From NCBI GenBank assembly GCA_964016885.1, contig OZ024740.1, forward strand, positions 423,708,001 to 423,772,000: a stretch of 64,000 nucleotides of DNA, given 5' to 3'. The DNA is from Eledone cirrhosa. Its lineage: Eukaryota. The position numbers and the translations under genes are program-made. The notes beneath the pieces are model-generated. The model did no database searches, was not told the origin of the DNA, and worked only from the letters and a program-made list of their open reading frames with translations. Below, piece by piece: positions 30,001 through 45,000 of the stretch; position 1 is the first letter of the stretch, and every line of letters starts with the position of its first letter.

Positions 30001-33000
30001 TAAGACTGTAGTGGTATTGACTAATGTAGTCCAATCTAATTCTTTATAAGACTGTAGTGGTACTGACTAATGTAGTCCAATCTAATTCTATATAAGACTG
30101 TAGTGGTATTGACTAATGTAGTCCAATCTAATTCTATATAAGACTGTAGTGGTATTCACTAATGTACTCCAATCTAATTCTATATAAGACTGTAGTGGTA
30201 TTGACTAATGTACTCCAATCTAATTCTATATAAGACTGTAGTGGTACTGACTAATGTAGTCTAATCTAATTCTATATAAGACTGTAGGGTATTGACTAAT
30301 GTACTCCAATCTAATTCTATATAAGACTGTAGTGGTATTGACTAATGTACTCCAATCTAATTCTATATAAGACTGTAGTGGTATTGACTAATGTACTCCA
30401 ACCTAATTCTATATAAGACTGTAGTGGTATTGACTAATGTAGTCCAATCTAATTCTATATAAGACTGTAGTGGTATTGACTAATGTACTCCAATCTAATT
30501 CTATATAAGACTGTAGTGGTATTGACTAATGTACTCCAATCTAATTCTATATAAGACTGTAGGGTATTGACTAATGTACTCCAATCTAATTCTATATAAG
30601 ACTGTAGTGGTATTGACTAATGTACTCCAATCTAATTCTATATAAGACTGTAGTGGTATTGACTAATATACTCCAATCTAATTCTATATAAGACTGTAGT
30701 GGTATTCACTAATGTACTCCAATCTAATTCTATATAAGACTGTAGTGGTATTGACTAATGTACTCCAATCTAATTCTATATAAGACTGTAGTGGTACTGA
30801 CTAATGTACTCCAATCTAATTCTATATAAGACTGTAGTGGTATTGACTAATGTACTCCAACCTAATTCTATATAAGACTGTAGTGGTATTGACTAATATA
30901 CTCCAATCTAATTCTATATAAGACTGTAGTGGTATTCACTAATGTACTCCAATCTAATTCTATATAAGACTGTAGTGGTATTGAGTAATGTACTCCAACC
31001 TAATTCTATATAAGACTGTAGTGGTATTGACTAATGTACTCCAATCTAATTCTATATAAGACTGTAGTGGTATTGACTAATGTAGTCCAACCTAATTCTA
31101 TATAAGACTGTAGTGGTATTGACTAATGTAGTCCAACCTAATTCTATATAAGACTGTAGTGGTATTGACTAATGTACTCCAATCTAATTCTATATAAGAC
31201 TGTAGTGGTATTGACTAATGTACTCCAATCTAATTCTATATAAGACTGTAGTGGTATTGACTAATGTAGTCCAATCTAACTCTATATAAGACTGTAGTGG
31301 TACTGACTAATGTAGTCCAATCTAATTCTATATAAGACTGTAGTGGTATTGACTAATGTACTCCAATCTAATTCTATATAAGATTGTAGTGGTATTGACT
31401 AATGTACTCCAATCTAATTCTATATAAGACTGTAGTGGTATTGACTAATGTAGTCCAATCTAATTCTATATAAGACTGTAGTGGTACTGACTAATGTAGT
31501 CCAATCTAACTCTATATAAGACTGTAGTGGTACTGACTAATGTAGTCCAATCTAATTCTATATAAGACTGTAGTGGTATTGACTAATGTACTCCAATCTA
31601 ATTCTATATAAGACTGTAGTGGTATTGACTAATGTACTCCAATCTAATTCTATATAAGACTGTAGTGGTATTGAGTAATGTACTCCAACCTAATTCTATA
31701 TAAGACTGTAGTGGTATTGACTAATGTACTCCAATCTAATTCTATATAAGACTGTAGTGGTATTGACTAATGTAGTCCAACCTAATTCTATATAAGACTG
31801 TAGTGGTATTGACTAATGTAGTCCAACCTAATTCTATATAAGACTGTAGTGGTATTGACTAATGTACTCCAATCTAATTCTATATAAGACTGTAGTGGTA
31901 TTGACTAATGTAGTCCAATCTAATTCTATATAAGACTGTAGTGGTATTGACTAATGTAGTCCAATCTAACTCTATATAAGACTGTAGTGGTACTGACTAA
32001 TGTAGTCCAATCTAATTCTATATAAGACTGTAGTGGTATTGACTAATGTACTCCAATCTAATTCTATATAAGACTGTAGTGGTATTGACTAATGTACTCC
32101 AATCTAATTCTATATAAGACTGTAGTGGTATTGACTAATGTAGTCCAATCTAATTCTATATAAGACTGTAGTGGTATTGACTAATGTACTCCAATCTAAT
32201 TCTATATAAGACTGTAGTGGTATTGACTAATGTACTCCAATCTAATTCTATATAAGACTGTAGTGGTATTGACTAATGTAGTCCAATCTAATTCTATATA
32301 AGACTGTAGTGGTATTGACTAATGTACTCCAATCTAATTCTATATAAGACTGTAGTGGTATTGACTAATGTACTCCAATCTAATTCTATATAAGACTGTA
32401 GTGGTATTGACTAATGTACTCCAATCTAATTCTATATAAGACTGTAGTGGTATTGACTAATGTACTCCAATCTAATTCTATATAAGACTGTAGTGGTATT
32501 GACTAATATACTCCAATCTAATTCTATATAAGACTGTAGTGGTATTGACTAATGTAGTCCAATCTAATTCTATATAAGACTGTAGTGGTATTGACTAATG
32601 TACTCCAATCTAATTCTATATAAGGCTGTAGTGGTATTGACTAATGTAGTCCAATCTAATTCTATATAAGACTGTAGTGGTATTGACTAATGTACTCCAA
32701 CCTAATTCTATATAAGACTGTAGTGGTATTGACTAATGTAGTTCAATCTAATTCTATATAAGACTGTAGTGGTATTGACTAATGTAGTCCAATCTAATTC
32801 TATATAAGACTGTCGTGGTATTGACTAATGTAGTCCAATCTAATTCTATATAAGACTGTAGTGGTATTGACTAAAGTAGTCCAATCTAATTCTATATAAG
32901 GCTGTAGTGGTATTGACTAATGTAGTCCAATCTAATTCTATATAAGACTGTAGTGGTATTGACTAATGTACTCCAACCTAATTCTATATAAGGCTGTAGT

Positions 33001-36000
33001 GGTATTGACTAATGTAGTCCAATCTAATTCTATATAAGACTGTAGTGGTATTGACTAATATACTCCAATCTAATTCTATATAAGACTGTAGTGGTATTGA
33101 CTAATGTAGTCCAATCTAATTCTATATAAGACTGTAGTGGTATTGACTAATGTACTCCAATCTAATTCTATATAAGGCTGTAGTGGTATTGACTAATGTA
33201 GTCCAATCTAATTCTATATAAGACTGTAGTGGTATTGACTAATGTAGTCCAATCTAATTCTATATAAGACTGTAGTGGTATTGACTAATGTAGTCCAACC
33301 TAACTCTATATAAGACTGTAGTGGTATTGACTAATGTAGTCCAATCTAATTCTATATAAGACTGTAGTGGTATTGACTAATGTAGTCCAACCTAATTCTA
33401 TATAAGACTGTAGTGGTATTGACTAATGTACTCCAACCTAATTCTATATAAGACTGTAGGGTATTGACTAATGTAGTCCAATCTAATTCTATATAAGACT
33501 GTAGTGGTATTGACTAATGTAGTCCAACCTAATTCTATATAAGACTGTAGGGTATTGACTAATGTAGTCCAACCTAATTCTATATAAGACTGTAGGGTAC
33601 TGACTAATGTAGTCCAATCTAATTCTATATAAGACTGTAGTGGTATTGACTAATGTAGTCCAACCTAATTCTATATAAGACTGTAGTGGTATTGACTAAT
33701 GTAGTCCAACCTAATTCTATATAAGACTGTAGTGGTATTGACTAATGTACTCCAATCTAATTCTATATAAGACTGTAGTGGTATTGACTAATGTAGTCCA
33801 ATCTAATTCTATATAAGACTGTAGTGGTATTGACTAATGTAGTCCAATCTAACTCTATATAAGACTGTAGTGGTACTGACTAATGTAGTCCAATCTAATT
33901 CTATATAAGACTGTAGTGGTATTGACTAATGTACTCCAATCTAATTCTATATAAGACTGTAGTGGTATTGACTAATGTACTCCAATCTAATTCTATATAA
34001 GACTGTAGTGGTATTGACTAATGTAGTCCAATCTAATTCTATATAAGACTGTAGTGGTATTGACTAATGTACTCCAATCTAATTCTATATAAGACTGTAG
34101 TGGTATTGACTAATGTACTCCAATCTAATTCTATATAAGACTGTAGTGGTATTGACTAATGTAGTCCAATCTAATTCTATATAAGACTGTAGTGGTATTG
34201 ACTAATGTACTCCAATCTAATTCTATATAAGACTGTAGTGGTATTGACTAAAGTACTCCAATCTAATTCTATATAAGACTGTAGTGGTATTGACTAATGT
34301 ACTCCAATCTAATTCTATATAAGACTGTAGTGGTATTGACTAATGTACTCCAATCTAATTCTATATAAGACTGTAGTGGTATTGACTAATATACTCCAAT
34401 CTAATTCTATATAAGACTGTAGTGGTATTGACTAATGTAGTCCAATCTAATTCTATATAAGACTGTAGTGGTATTGACTAATGTACTCCAATCTAATTCT
34501 ATATAAGGCTGTAGTGGTATTGACTAATGTAGTCCAATCTAATTCTATATAAGACTGTAGTGGTATTGACTAATGTACTCCAACCTAATTCTATATAAGA
34601 CTGTAGTGGTATTGACTAATGTAGTTCAATCTAATTCTATATAAGACTGTAGTGGTATTGACTAATGTAGTCCAATCTAATTCTATATAAGACTGTCGTG
34701 GTATTGACTAATGTAGTCCAATCTAATTCTATATAAGACTGTAGTGGTATTGACTAAAGTAGTCCAATCTAATTCTATATAAGGCTGTAGTGGTATTGAC
34801 TAATGTAGTCCAATCTAATTCTATATAAGACTGTAGTGGTATTGACTAATGTACTCCAACCTAATTCTATATAAGGCTGTAGTGGTATTGACTAATGTAG
34901 TCCAATCTAATTCTATATAAGACTGTAGTGGTATTGACTAATATACTCCAATCTAATTCTATATAAGACTGTAGTGGTATTGACTAATGTAGTCCAATCT
35001 AATTCTATATAAGACTGTAGTGGTATTGACTAATGTACTCCAATCTAATTCTATATAAGGCTGTAGTGGTATTGACTAATGTAGTCCAATCTAATTCTAT
35101 ATAAGACTGTAGTGGTATTGACTAATGTACTCCAACCTAATTCTATATAAGACTGTAGTGGTATTGACTAATGTAGTTCAATCTAATTCTATATAAGACT
35201 GTCGTGGTATTGACTAATGTAGTCCAATCTAATTCTATATAAGACTGTCGTGGTATTGACTAATGTAGTCCAATCTAATTCTATATAAGACTGTAGTGGT
35301 ATTGACTAAAGTAGTCCAATCTAATTCTATATAAGGCTGTAGTGGTATTGACTAATGTAGTCCAATCTAATTCTATATAAGACTGTAGTGGTATTGACTA
35401 ATGTAGTCCAATCTAATTCTATATAAGACTGTAGTGGTATTGACTAATGTAGTCCAACCTAATTCTATATAAGACTGTAGTGGTATTGACTAATGTAGTC
35501 CAATCTAATTCTATATAAGACTGTAGTGGTATTGACTAATGTAGTCCAATCTAATTCTATATAAGACTGTAGTGGTATTGACTAATGTAGTCCAATCTAA
35601 TTCTATATAAGACTGTAGTGGTATTGACTAATGTAGTCCAACCTAATTCTATATAAGACTGTAGTGGTATTGACTAATGTAGTCCAATCTAATTCTATAT
35701 AAGACTGTAGTGGTATTGACTAATGTACTCCAATCTAATTCTATATAAGACTGTAGTGGTATTGACTAATGTACTCCAACCTAATTCTATATAAGGCTGT
35801 AGTGGTATTGACTAATGTAGTCCAATCTAATTCTATATAAGACTGTAGTGGTATTGACTAATATACTCCAATCTAATTCTATATAAGACTGTAGTGGTAT
35901 TGACTAATGTAGTCCAATCTAATTCTATATAAGACTGTAGTGGTATTGACTAATGTACTCCAATCTAATTCTATATAAGGCTGTAGTGGTATTGACTAAT

Positions 36001-39000
36001 GTAGTCCAATCTAATTCTATATAAGACTGTAGTGGTATTGACTAATGTAGTCCAATCTAATTCTATATAAGACTGTAGTGGTATTGACTAATGTAGTCCA
36101 ACCTAACTCTATATAAGACTGTAGTGGTATTGACTAATGTAGTCCAATCTAATTCTATATAAGACTGTAGTGGTATTGACTAATGTAGTCCAACCTAATT
36201 CTATATAAGACTGTAGTGGTATTGACTAATGTACTCCAACCTAATTCTATATAAGACTGTAGGGTATTGACTAATGTAGTCCAATCTAATTCTATATAAG
36301 ACTGTAGTGGTATTGACTAATGTAGTCCAACCTAATTCTATATAAGACTGTAGGGTATTGACTAATGTAGTCCAACCTAATTCTATATAAGACTGTAGGG
36401 TACTGACTAATGTAGTCCAATCTAATTCTATATAAGACTGTAGTGGTATTGACTAATGTAGTCCAACCTAATTCTATATAAGACTGTAGTGGTATTGACT
36501 AATGTAGTCCAACCTAATTCTATATAAGACTGTAGTGGTATTGACTAATGTACTCCAATCTAATTCTATATAAGACTGTAGTGGTATTGACTAATGTAGT
36601 CCAATCTAATTCTATATAAGACTGTAGTGGTATTGACTAATGTAGTCCAATCTAACTCTATATAAGACTGTAGTGGTACTGACTAATGTAGTCCAATCTA
36701 ATTCTATATAAGACTGTAGTGGTATTGACTAATGTACTCCAATCTAATTCTATATAAGACTGTAGTGGTATTGACTAATGTACTCCAATCTAATTCTATA
36801 TAAGACTGTAGTGGTATTGACTAATGTAGTCCAATCTAATTCTATATAAGACTGTAGTGGTATTGACTAATGTACTCCAATCTAATTCTATATAAGACTG
36901 TAGTGGTATTGACTAATGTACTCCAATCTAATTCTATATAAGACTGTAGTGGTATTGACTAATGTAGTCCAATCTAATTCTATATAAGACTGTAGTGGTA
37001 TTGACTAATGTACTCCAATCTAATTCTATATAAGACTGTAGTGGTATTGACTAAAGTACTCCAATCTAATTCTATATAAGACTGTAGTGGTATTGACTAA
37101 TGTACTCCAATCTAATTCTATATAAGACTGTAGTGGTATTGACTAATGTACTCCAATCTAATTCTATATAAGACTGTAGTGGTATTGACTAATATACTCC
37201 AATCTAATTCTATATAAGACTGTAGTGGTATTGACTAATGTAGTCCAATCTAATTCTATATAAGACTGTAGTGGTATTGACTAATGTACTCCAATCTAAT
37301 TCTATATAAGGCTGTAGTGGTATTGACTAATGTAGTCCAATCTAATTCTATATAAGACTGTAGTGGTATTGACTAATGTACTCCAACCTAATTCTATATA
37401 AGACTGTAGTGGTATTGACTAATGTAGTTCAATCTAATTCTATATAAGACTGTAGTGGTATTGACTAATGTAGTCCAATCTAATTCTATATAAGACTGTC
37501 GTGGTATTGACTAATGTAGTCCAATCTAATTCTATATAAGACTGTAGTGGTATTGACTAAAGTAGTCCAATCTAATTCTATATAAGGCTGTAGTGGTATT
37601 GACTAATGTAGTCCAATCTAATTCTATATAAGACTGTAGTGGTATTGACTAATGTACTCCAACCTAATTCTATATAAGGCTGTAGTGGTATTGACTAATG
37701 TAGTCCAATCTAATTCTATATAAGACTGTAGTGGTATTGACTAATATACTCCAATCTAATTCTATATAAGACTGTAGTGGTATTGACTAATGTAGTCCAA
37801 TCTAATTCTATATAAGACTGTAGTGGTATTGACTAATGTACTCCAATCTAATTCTATATAAGGCTGTAGTGGTATTGACTAATGTAGTCCAATCTAATTC
37901 TATATAAGACTGTAGTGGTATTGACTAATGTACTCCAACCTAATTCTATATAAGACTGTAGTGGTATTGACTAATGTAGTTCAATCTAATTCTATATAAG
38001 ACTGTCGTGGTATTGACTAATGTAGTCCAATCTAATTCTATATAAGACTGTCGTGGTATTGACTAATGTAGTCCAATCTAATTCTATATAAGACTGTAGT
38101 GGTATTGACTAAAGTAGTCCAATCTAATTCTATATAAGGCTGTAGTGGTATTGACTAATGTAGTCCAATCTAATTCTATATAAGACTGTAGTGGTATTGA
38201 CTAATGTAGTCCAATCTAATTCTATATAAGACTGTAGTGGTATTGACTAATGTAGTCCAACCTAATTCTATATAAGACTGTAGTGGTATTGACTAATGTA
38301 GTCCAATCTAATTCTATATAAGACTGTAGTGGTATTGACTAATGTAGTCCAATCTAATTCTATATAAGACTGTAGTGGTATTGACTAATGTAGTCCAATC
38401 TAATTCTATATAAGACTGTAGTGGTATTGACTAATGTAGTCCAACCTAATTCTATATAAGACTGTAGTGGTATTGACTAATGTAGTCCAATCTAATTCTA
38501 TATAAGACTGTAGTGGTATTGACTAATGTACTCCAATCTAATTCTATATAAGACTGTAGTGGTATTGACTAATGTACTCCAACCTAATTCTATATAAGAC
38601 TGTAGTGGTATTGACTAATGTACTCCAATCTAATTCTATATAAGACTGTAGTGGTATTGACTAATGTAGTCCAACCTAATTCTATATAAGACTATAGTGG
38701 TATTGACTAATGTACTCCAACCTAATTCTATATAAGACTGTAGGGTATTGACTAATGTAGTCCAATCTAATTCTATATAAGACTGTAGTGGTATTGACTA
38801 ATGTAGTCCAACCTAATTCTATATAAGACTGTAGGGTATTGACTAATGTAGTCCAACCTAATTCTATATAAGACTGTAGGGTACTGACTAATGTAGTCCA
38901 ATCTAATTCTATATAAGACTGTAGTGGTATTGACTAATGTACTCCAATCTAATTCTATATAAGACTGTAGTGGTATTGACTAATGTAGTCCAATCTAATT

Positions 39001-42000
39001 CTATATAAGACTGTAGTGGTATTGACTAATGTAGTCCAATCTAATTCTATATAAGACTGTAGTGGTACTGACTAATGTAGTCCAATCTAATTCTATATAA
39101 GACTGTAGTGGTATTGACTAATGTACTCCAATCTAATTCTATATAAGACTGTAGGGTATTGACTAATGTACTCCAATCTAATTCTATATAAGACTGTAGT
39201 GGTATTGACTAATGTACTCCAATCTAATTCTATATAAGACTGTAGTGGTATTGACTAATATACTCCAATCTAATTCTATATAAGACTGTAGTGGTATTGA
39301 CTAATGTAGTCCAATCTAATTCTATATAAGACTGTAGTGGTATTGACTAATATACTCCAATCTAATTCTATATAAGACTGTAGTGGTATTGACTAATGTA
39401 GTCCAATCTAATTCTATATAAGACTGTAGTGGTATTGACTAATGTACTCCAATCTAATTCTATATAAGACTGTAGGGTATTGACTAATGTAGTCCAATCT
39501 AATTCTATATAAGACTGTAGTGGTATTGACTAATATACTCCAATCTAATTCTATATAAGACTGTAGTGGTATTGACTAATGTACTCCAATCTAATTCTAT
39601 ATAAGACTGTAGTGGTATTGACTAATGTACTCCAACCTAATTCTATATAAGACTGTAGTGGTATTGACTAATGTACTCCAACCTAATTCTATATAAGACT
39701 GTAGTGGTATTGACTAATGTACTCCAATCTAATTCTATATAAGACTGTAGTGGTATTGACTAAAGTAGTCCAATCTAATTCTATATAAGGCTGTAGTGGT
39801 ATTGACTAATGTAGTCCAATCTAATTCTATATAAGACTGTAGTGGTATTGACTAATGTACTCCAACCTAATTCTATATAAAACTGTAGTGGTATTGACTA
39901 ATGTAGTTCAATCTAATTCTATATAAGACTGTAGTGGTATTGACTAATGTAGTCCAATCTAATTCTATATAAGACTGTAGTGGTATTGACTAATGTAGTC
40001 CAATCTAATTCTATATAAGACTGTAGTGGTATTGACTAATGTAGTCCAATCTAATTCTATATAAGACTGTAGTGGTATTGACTAATGTAGTCCAATCTAA
40101 TTCTATATAAGACTGTAGTGGTATTGACTAAAGTAGTCCAATCTAATTCTATATAAGGCTGTAGTGGTATTGACTAATGTAGTCCAATCTAATTCTATAT
40201 AAGACTGTAGTGGTACTGACTAATGTAGTCCAATCTAATTCTATATAAGACTGTAGTGGTATTGACTAATGTACTCCAATCTAATTCTATATAAGACTGT
40301 AGGGTATTGACTAATGTACTCCAATCTAATTCTATATAAGAATGTAGTGGTATTGACTAATGTACTCCAATCTAATTCTATATAAGACTGTAGTGGTATT
40401 GACTAATATACTCCAATCTAATTCTATATAAGACTGTAGTGGTATTGACTAATGTAGTCCAATCTAATTCTATATAAGACTGTAGTGGTATTGACTAATG
40501 TAGTCCAATCTAATTCTATATAAGACTGTAGTGGTATTGACTAATGTAGTCCAATCTAATTCTATATAAGACTGTAGTGGTATTGACTAATGTAGTCCAA
40601 TCTAATTCTATATAAGACTGTAGTGGTATTGACTAATGTAGTCCAATCTAATTCTATATAAGACTGTAGTGGTATTGACTAATGTAGTCCAATCTAATTC
40701 TATATAAGACTGTAGTGGTATTGACTAATGTAGTTCAATCTAATTCTATATAAGACTGTAGTGGTATTGACTAATGTAGTCCAATCTAATTCTATATAAG
40801 ACTGTAGTGGTATTGACTAATGTAGTCCAATCTAATTCTATATAAGACTGTAGGGTATTGACTAATGTACTCCAATCTAATTCTATATAAGACTGTAGTG
40901 GTATTGTCTAATGTAGTCCAACCTAATTCTATATAAGACTGTAGTGGTATTGACTAATGTACTCCAATCTAATTCTATATAAGACTGTAGTGGTATTGAC
41001 TAATGTACTCCAATCTAATTCTATATAAGACTGTAGTGGTATTGACTAATATACTCCAATCTAATTCTATATCAGACTGTAGTGGTATTGACTAATGTAG
41101 TCCAATCTAATTCTATATAAGACTGTAGTGGTATTGACTAATGTAGTCCAATCTAATTCTATATAAGACTGTAGTGGTATTGACTAAAGTAGTCCAATCT
41201 AATTCTATATAAGACTGTAGTGGTATTGACTAATGTAGTTCAATCTAATTCTATATAAGACTGTAGTGGTATTGACTAATGTAGTCCAATCTAATTCTAT
41301 ATAAGACTGTAGTGGTATTGACTAATGTACTCCAACCTAATTCTATATAAGACTGTAGTGGTATTGACTAATGTACTCCAATCTAATTCTATATAAGACT
41401 GTAGTGGTATTGACTAATATACTCCAATCTAATTCTATATCAGACTGTAGTGGTATTGACTAATGTAGTCCAATCTAATTCTATATAAGACTGTAGTGGT
41501 ATTGACTAATGTACTCCAATCTAATTCTATATAAGACTGTAGTGGTATTGACTAATGTACTCCAATCTAATTCTATATAAGACTGTAGTGGTATTGACTA
41601 ATGTACTCCAATCTAATTCTATATAAGACTGTAGTGGTATTGACTAAAGTAGTCCAATCTAATTCTATATAAGACTGTAGTGGTATTGACTAATGTAGTT
41701 CAATCTAATTCTATATAAGACTGTAGTGGTATTGACTAATGTAGTCCAATCTAATTCTATATAAGACTGTAGTGGTATTGACTAATGTAGTTCAATCTAA
41801 TTCTATATAAGACTGTAGTGGTATTGACTAATGTACTCCAATCTAATTCTATATAAGACTATAGTGGTATTGACTAATGTACTCCAATCTAATTCTATAT
41901 AAGACTGTAGTGGTATTGACTAATGTAGTTCAATCTAATTCTATATAAGACTGTAGTGGTATTGACTAATGTACTCCAATCTAATTCTATATAAGACTGT

Positions 42001-45000
42001 AGTGGTATTGACTAATGTACTCCAATCTAATTCTATATAAGACTGTAGTGGTATTGACTAATGTAGTTCAATCTAATTCTATATAAGACTGTAGTGGTAT
42101 TGACTAATGTAGTCCAATCTAATTCTATATAAGACTGTAGTGGTATTGACTAATGTAGTCCAATCTAATTCTATATAAGACTGTAGGGTATTGACTAATG
42201 TACTCCAATCTAATTCTATATAAGACTGTAGTGGTATTGTCTAATGTAGTCTAACCTAATTCTATATAAGACTGTAGTGGTATTGACTAATGTACTCCAA
42301 TCTAATTCTATATAAGACTGTAGTGGTATTGACTAATGTACTCCAATCTAATTCTATATAAGACTGTAGTGGTATTGACTAATATACTCCAATCTAATTC
42401 TATATCAGACTGTAGTGGTATTGACTAATGTAGTCCAATCTAATTCTATATAAGACTGTAGTGGTATTGACTAATGTAGTCCAATCTAATTCTATATAAG
42501 ACTGTAGTGGTATTGACTAAAGTAGTCCAATCTAATTCTATATAAGACTGTAGTGGTATTGACTAATGTAGTTCAATCTAATTCTATATAAGACTGTAGT
42601 GGTATTGACTAATGTAGTCCAATCTAATTCTATATAAGACTGTAGTGGTATTGACTAATGTACTCCAACCTAATTCTATATAAGACTGTAGTGGTATTGA
42701 CTAATGTACTCCAATCTAATTCTATATAAGACTGTAGTGGTATTGACTAATATACTCCAATCTAATTCTATATCAGACTGTAGTGGTATTGACTAATGTA
42801 GTCCAATCTAATTCTATATAAGACTGTAGTGGTATTGACTAATGTACTCCAATCTAATTCTATATAAGACTGTAGTGGTATTGACTAATGTACTCCAATC
42901 TAATTCTATATAAGACTGTAGTGGTATTGACTAATGTACTCCAATCTAATTCTATATAAGACTGTAGTGGTATTGACTAAAGTAGTCCAATCTAATTCTA
43001 TATAAGACTGTAGTGGTATTGACTAATGTAGTTCAATCTAATTCTATATAAGACTGTAGTGGTATTGACTAATGTAGTCCAATCTAATTCTATATAAGAC
43101 TGTAGTGGTATTGACTAATGTAGTTCAATCTAATTCTATATAAGACTGTAGTGGTATTGACTAATGTACTCCAATCTAATTCTATATAAGACTGTAGTGG
43201 TATTGACTAATGTACTCCAATCTAATTCTATATAAGACTGTAGTGGTATTGACTAATGTAGTTCAATCTAATTCTATATAAGACTGTAGTGGTATTGACT
43301 AATGTACTCCAATCTAATTCTATATAAGACTGTAGTGGTATTGACTAATGTACTCCAATCTAATTCTATATAAGACTGTAGTGGTATTGACTAATGTAGT
43401 TCAATCTAATTCTATATAAGACTGTAGTGGTATTGACTAATGTAGTCCAATCTAATTCTATATAAGACTGTAGTGGTATTGACTAAAGTAGTCCAATCTA
43501 ATTCTATATAAGACTGTAGTGGTATTGACTAATGTAGTTCAATCTAATTCTATATAAGACTGTAGTGGTATTGACTAATGTACTCCAATCTAATTCTATA
43601 TAAGACTGTAGTGGTATTGACTAATGTAGTTCAATCTAATTCTATATAAGACTGTAGTGGTATTGACTAATGTACTCCAATCTAATTCTATATAAGACTG
43701 TAGTGGTATTGACTAATGTAGTCCAATCTAATTCTATATAAGACTGTAGTGGTATTGACTAATGTACTCCAACCTAATTCTATATAAGACTGTAGTGGTA
43801 TTGACTAATGTACTCCAATCTAATTCTATATAAGACTGTAGTGGTATTGACTAATATACTCCAATCTAATTCTATATAAGACTGTAGTGGTATTCACTAA
43901 TGTACTCCAATCTAATTCTATATAAGACTGTAGTGGTATTGACTAATGTACTCCAATCTAATTCTATATAAGACTGTAGTGGTACTGACTAATGTAGTCC
44001 AATCTAATTCTATATAAGACTGTAGGGTATTGACTAATGTACTCCAATCTAATTCTATATAAGACTGTAGTGGTATTGACTAATGTACTCCAATCTAATT
44101 CTATATAAGACTGTAGTGGTATTGACTAATGTAGTCCAATCTAATTCTATATAAGACTGTAGTGGTATTGTCTAATGTACTCCAATCTAATTCTATATAA
44201 GACTGTAGTGGTATTGACTAATGTAGTCCAATCTAATTCTATATAAGACTGTAGTGGTATTGACTAATGTACTCCAATCTATTTCTATATAAGACTGTAG
44301 TGGTATTGTCTAATGTAGTCCAACCTAATTCTATATAAGACTGTAGTGGTATTGACTAATGTACTCCAATCTAATTCTATATAAGACTGTAGTGGTATTG
44401 ACTAATGTACTCCAATCTAATTCTATATAAGACTGTAGTGGTATTGACTAATGTAGTCCAATCTAATTCTATATAAGACTGTAGTGGTATTGACTAATGT
44501 ACTCCAATCTAATTCTATATAAGACTGTAGTGGTATTGACTAATGTAGTCCAATCTAATTCTATATAAGACTGTAGTGGTATTGACTAATGTACTCCAAT
44601 CTAATTCTATATAAGACTGTAGTGGTATTGACTAATGTAGTCCAATCTAATTCTATATAAGACTGTAGTGGTATTGACTAATGTACTCCAATCTAATTCT
44701 ATATAAGACTGTAGTGGTATTGACTAATGTACTCCAATCTAATTCTATATAAGACTGTAGTGGTATTGACTAATGTACTCCAATCTAATTCTATATAAGA
44801 CTGTAGTGGTACTGACTAATGTACTCCAATCTAATTCTATATAAGACTGTAGTGGTATTGACTAATGTACTCCAACCTAATTCTATATAAGACTGTAGTG
44901 GTATTGACTAATGTACTCCAACCTAATTCTATATAAGACTGTAGTGGTATTGACTAATGTACTCCAATCTAATTCTATATAAGACTGTAGTGGTATTGAC

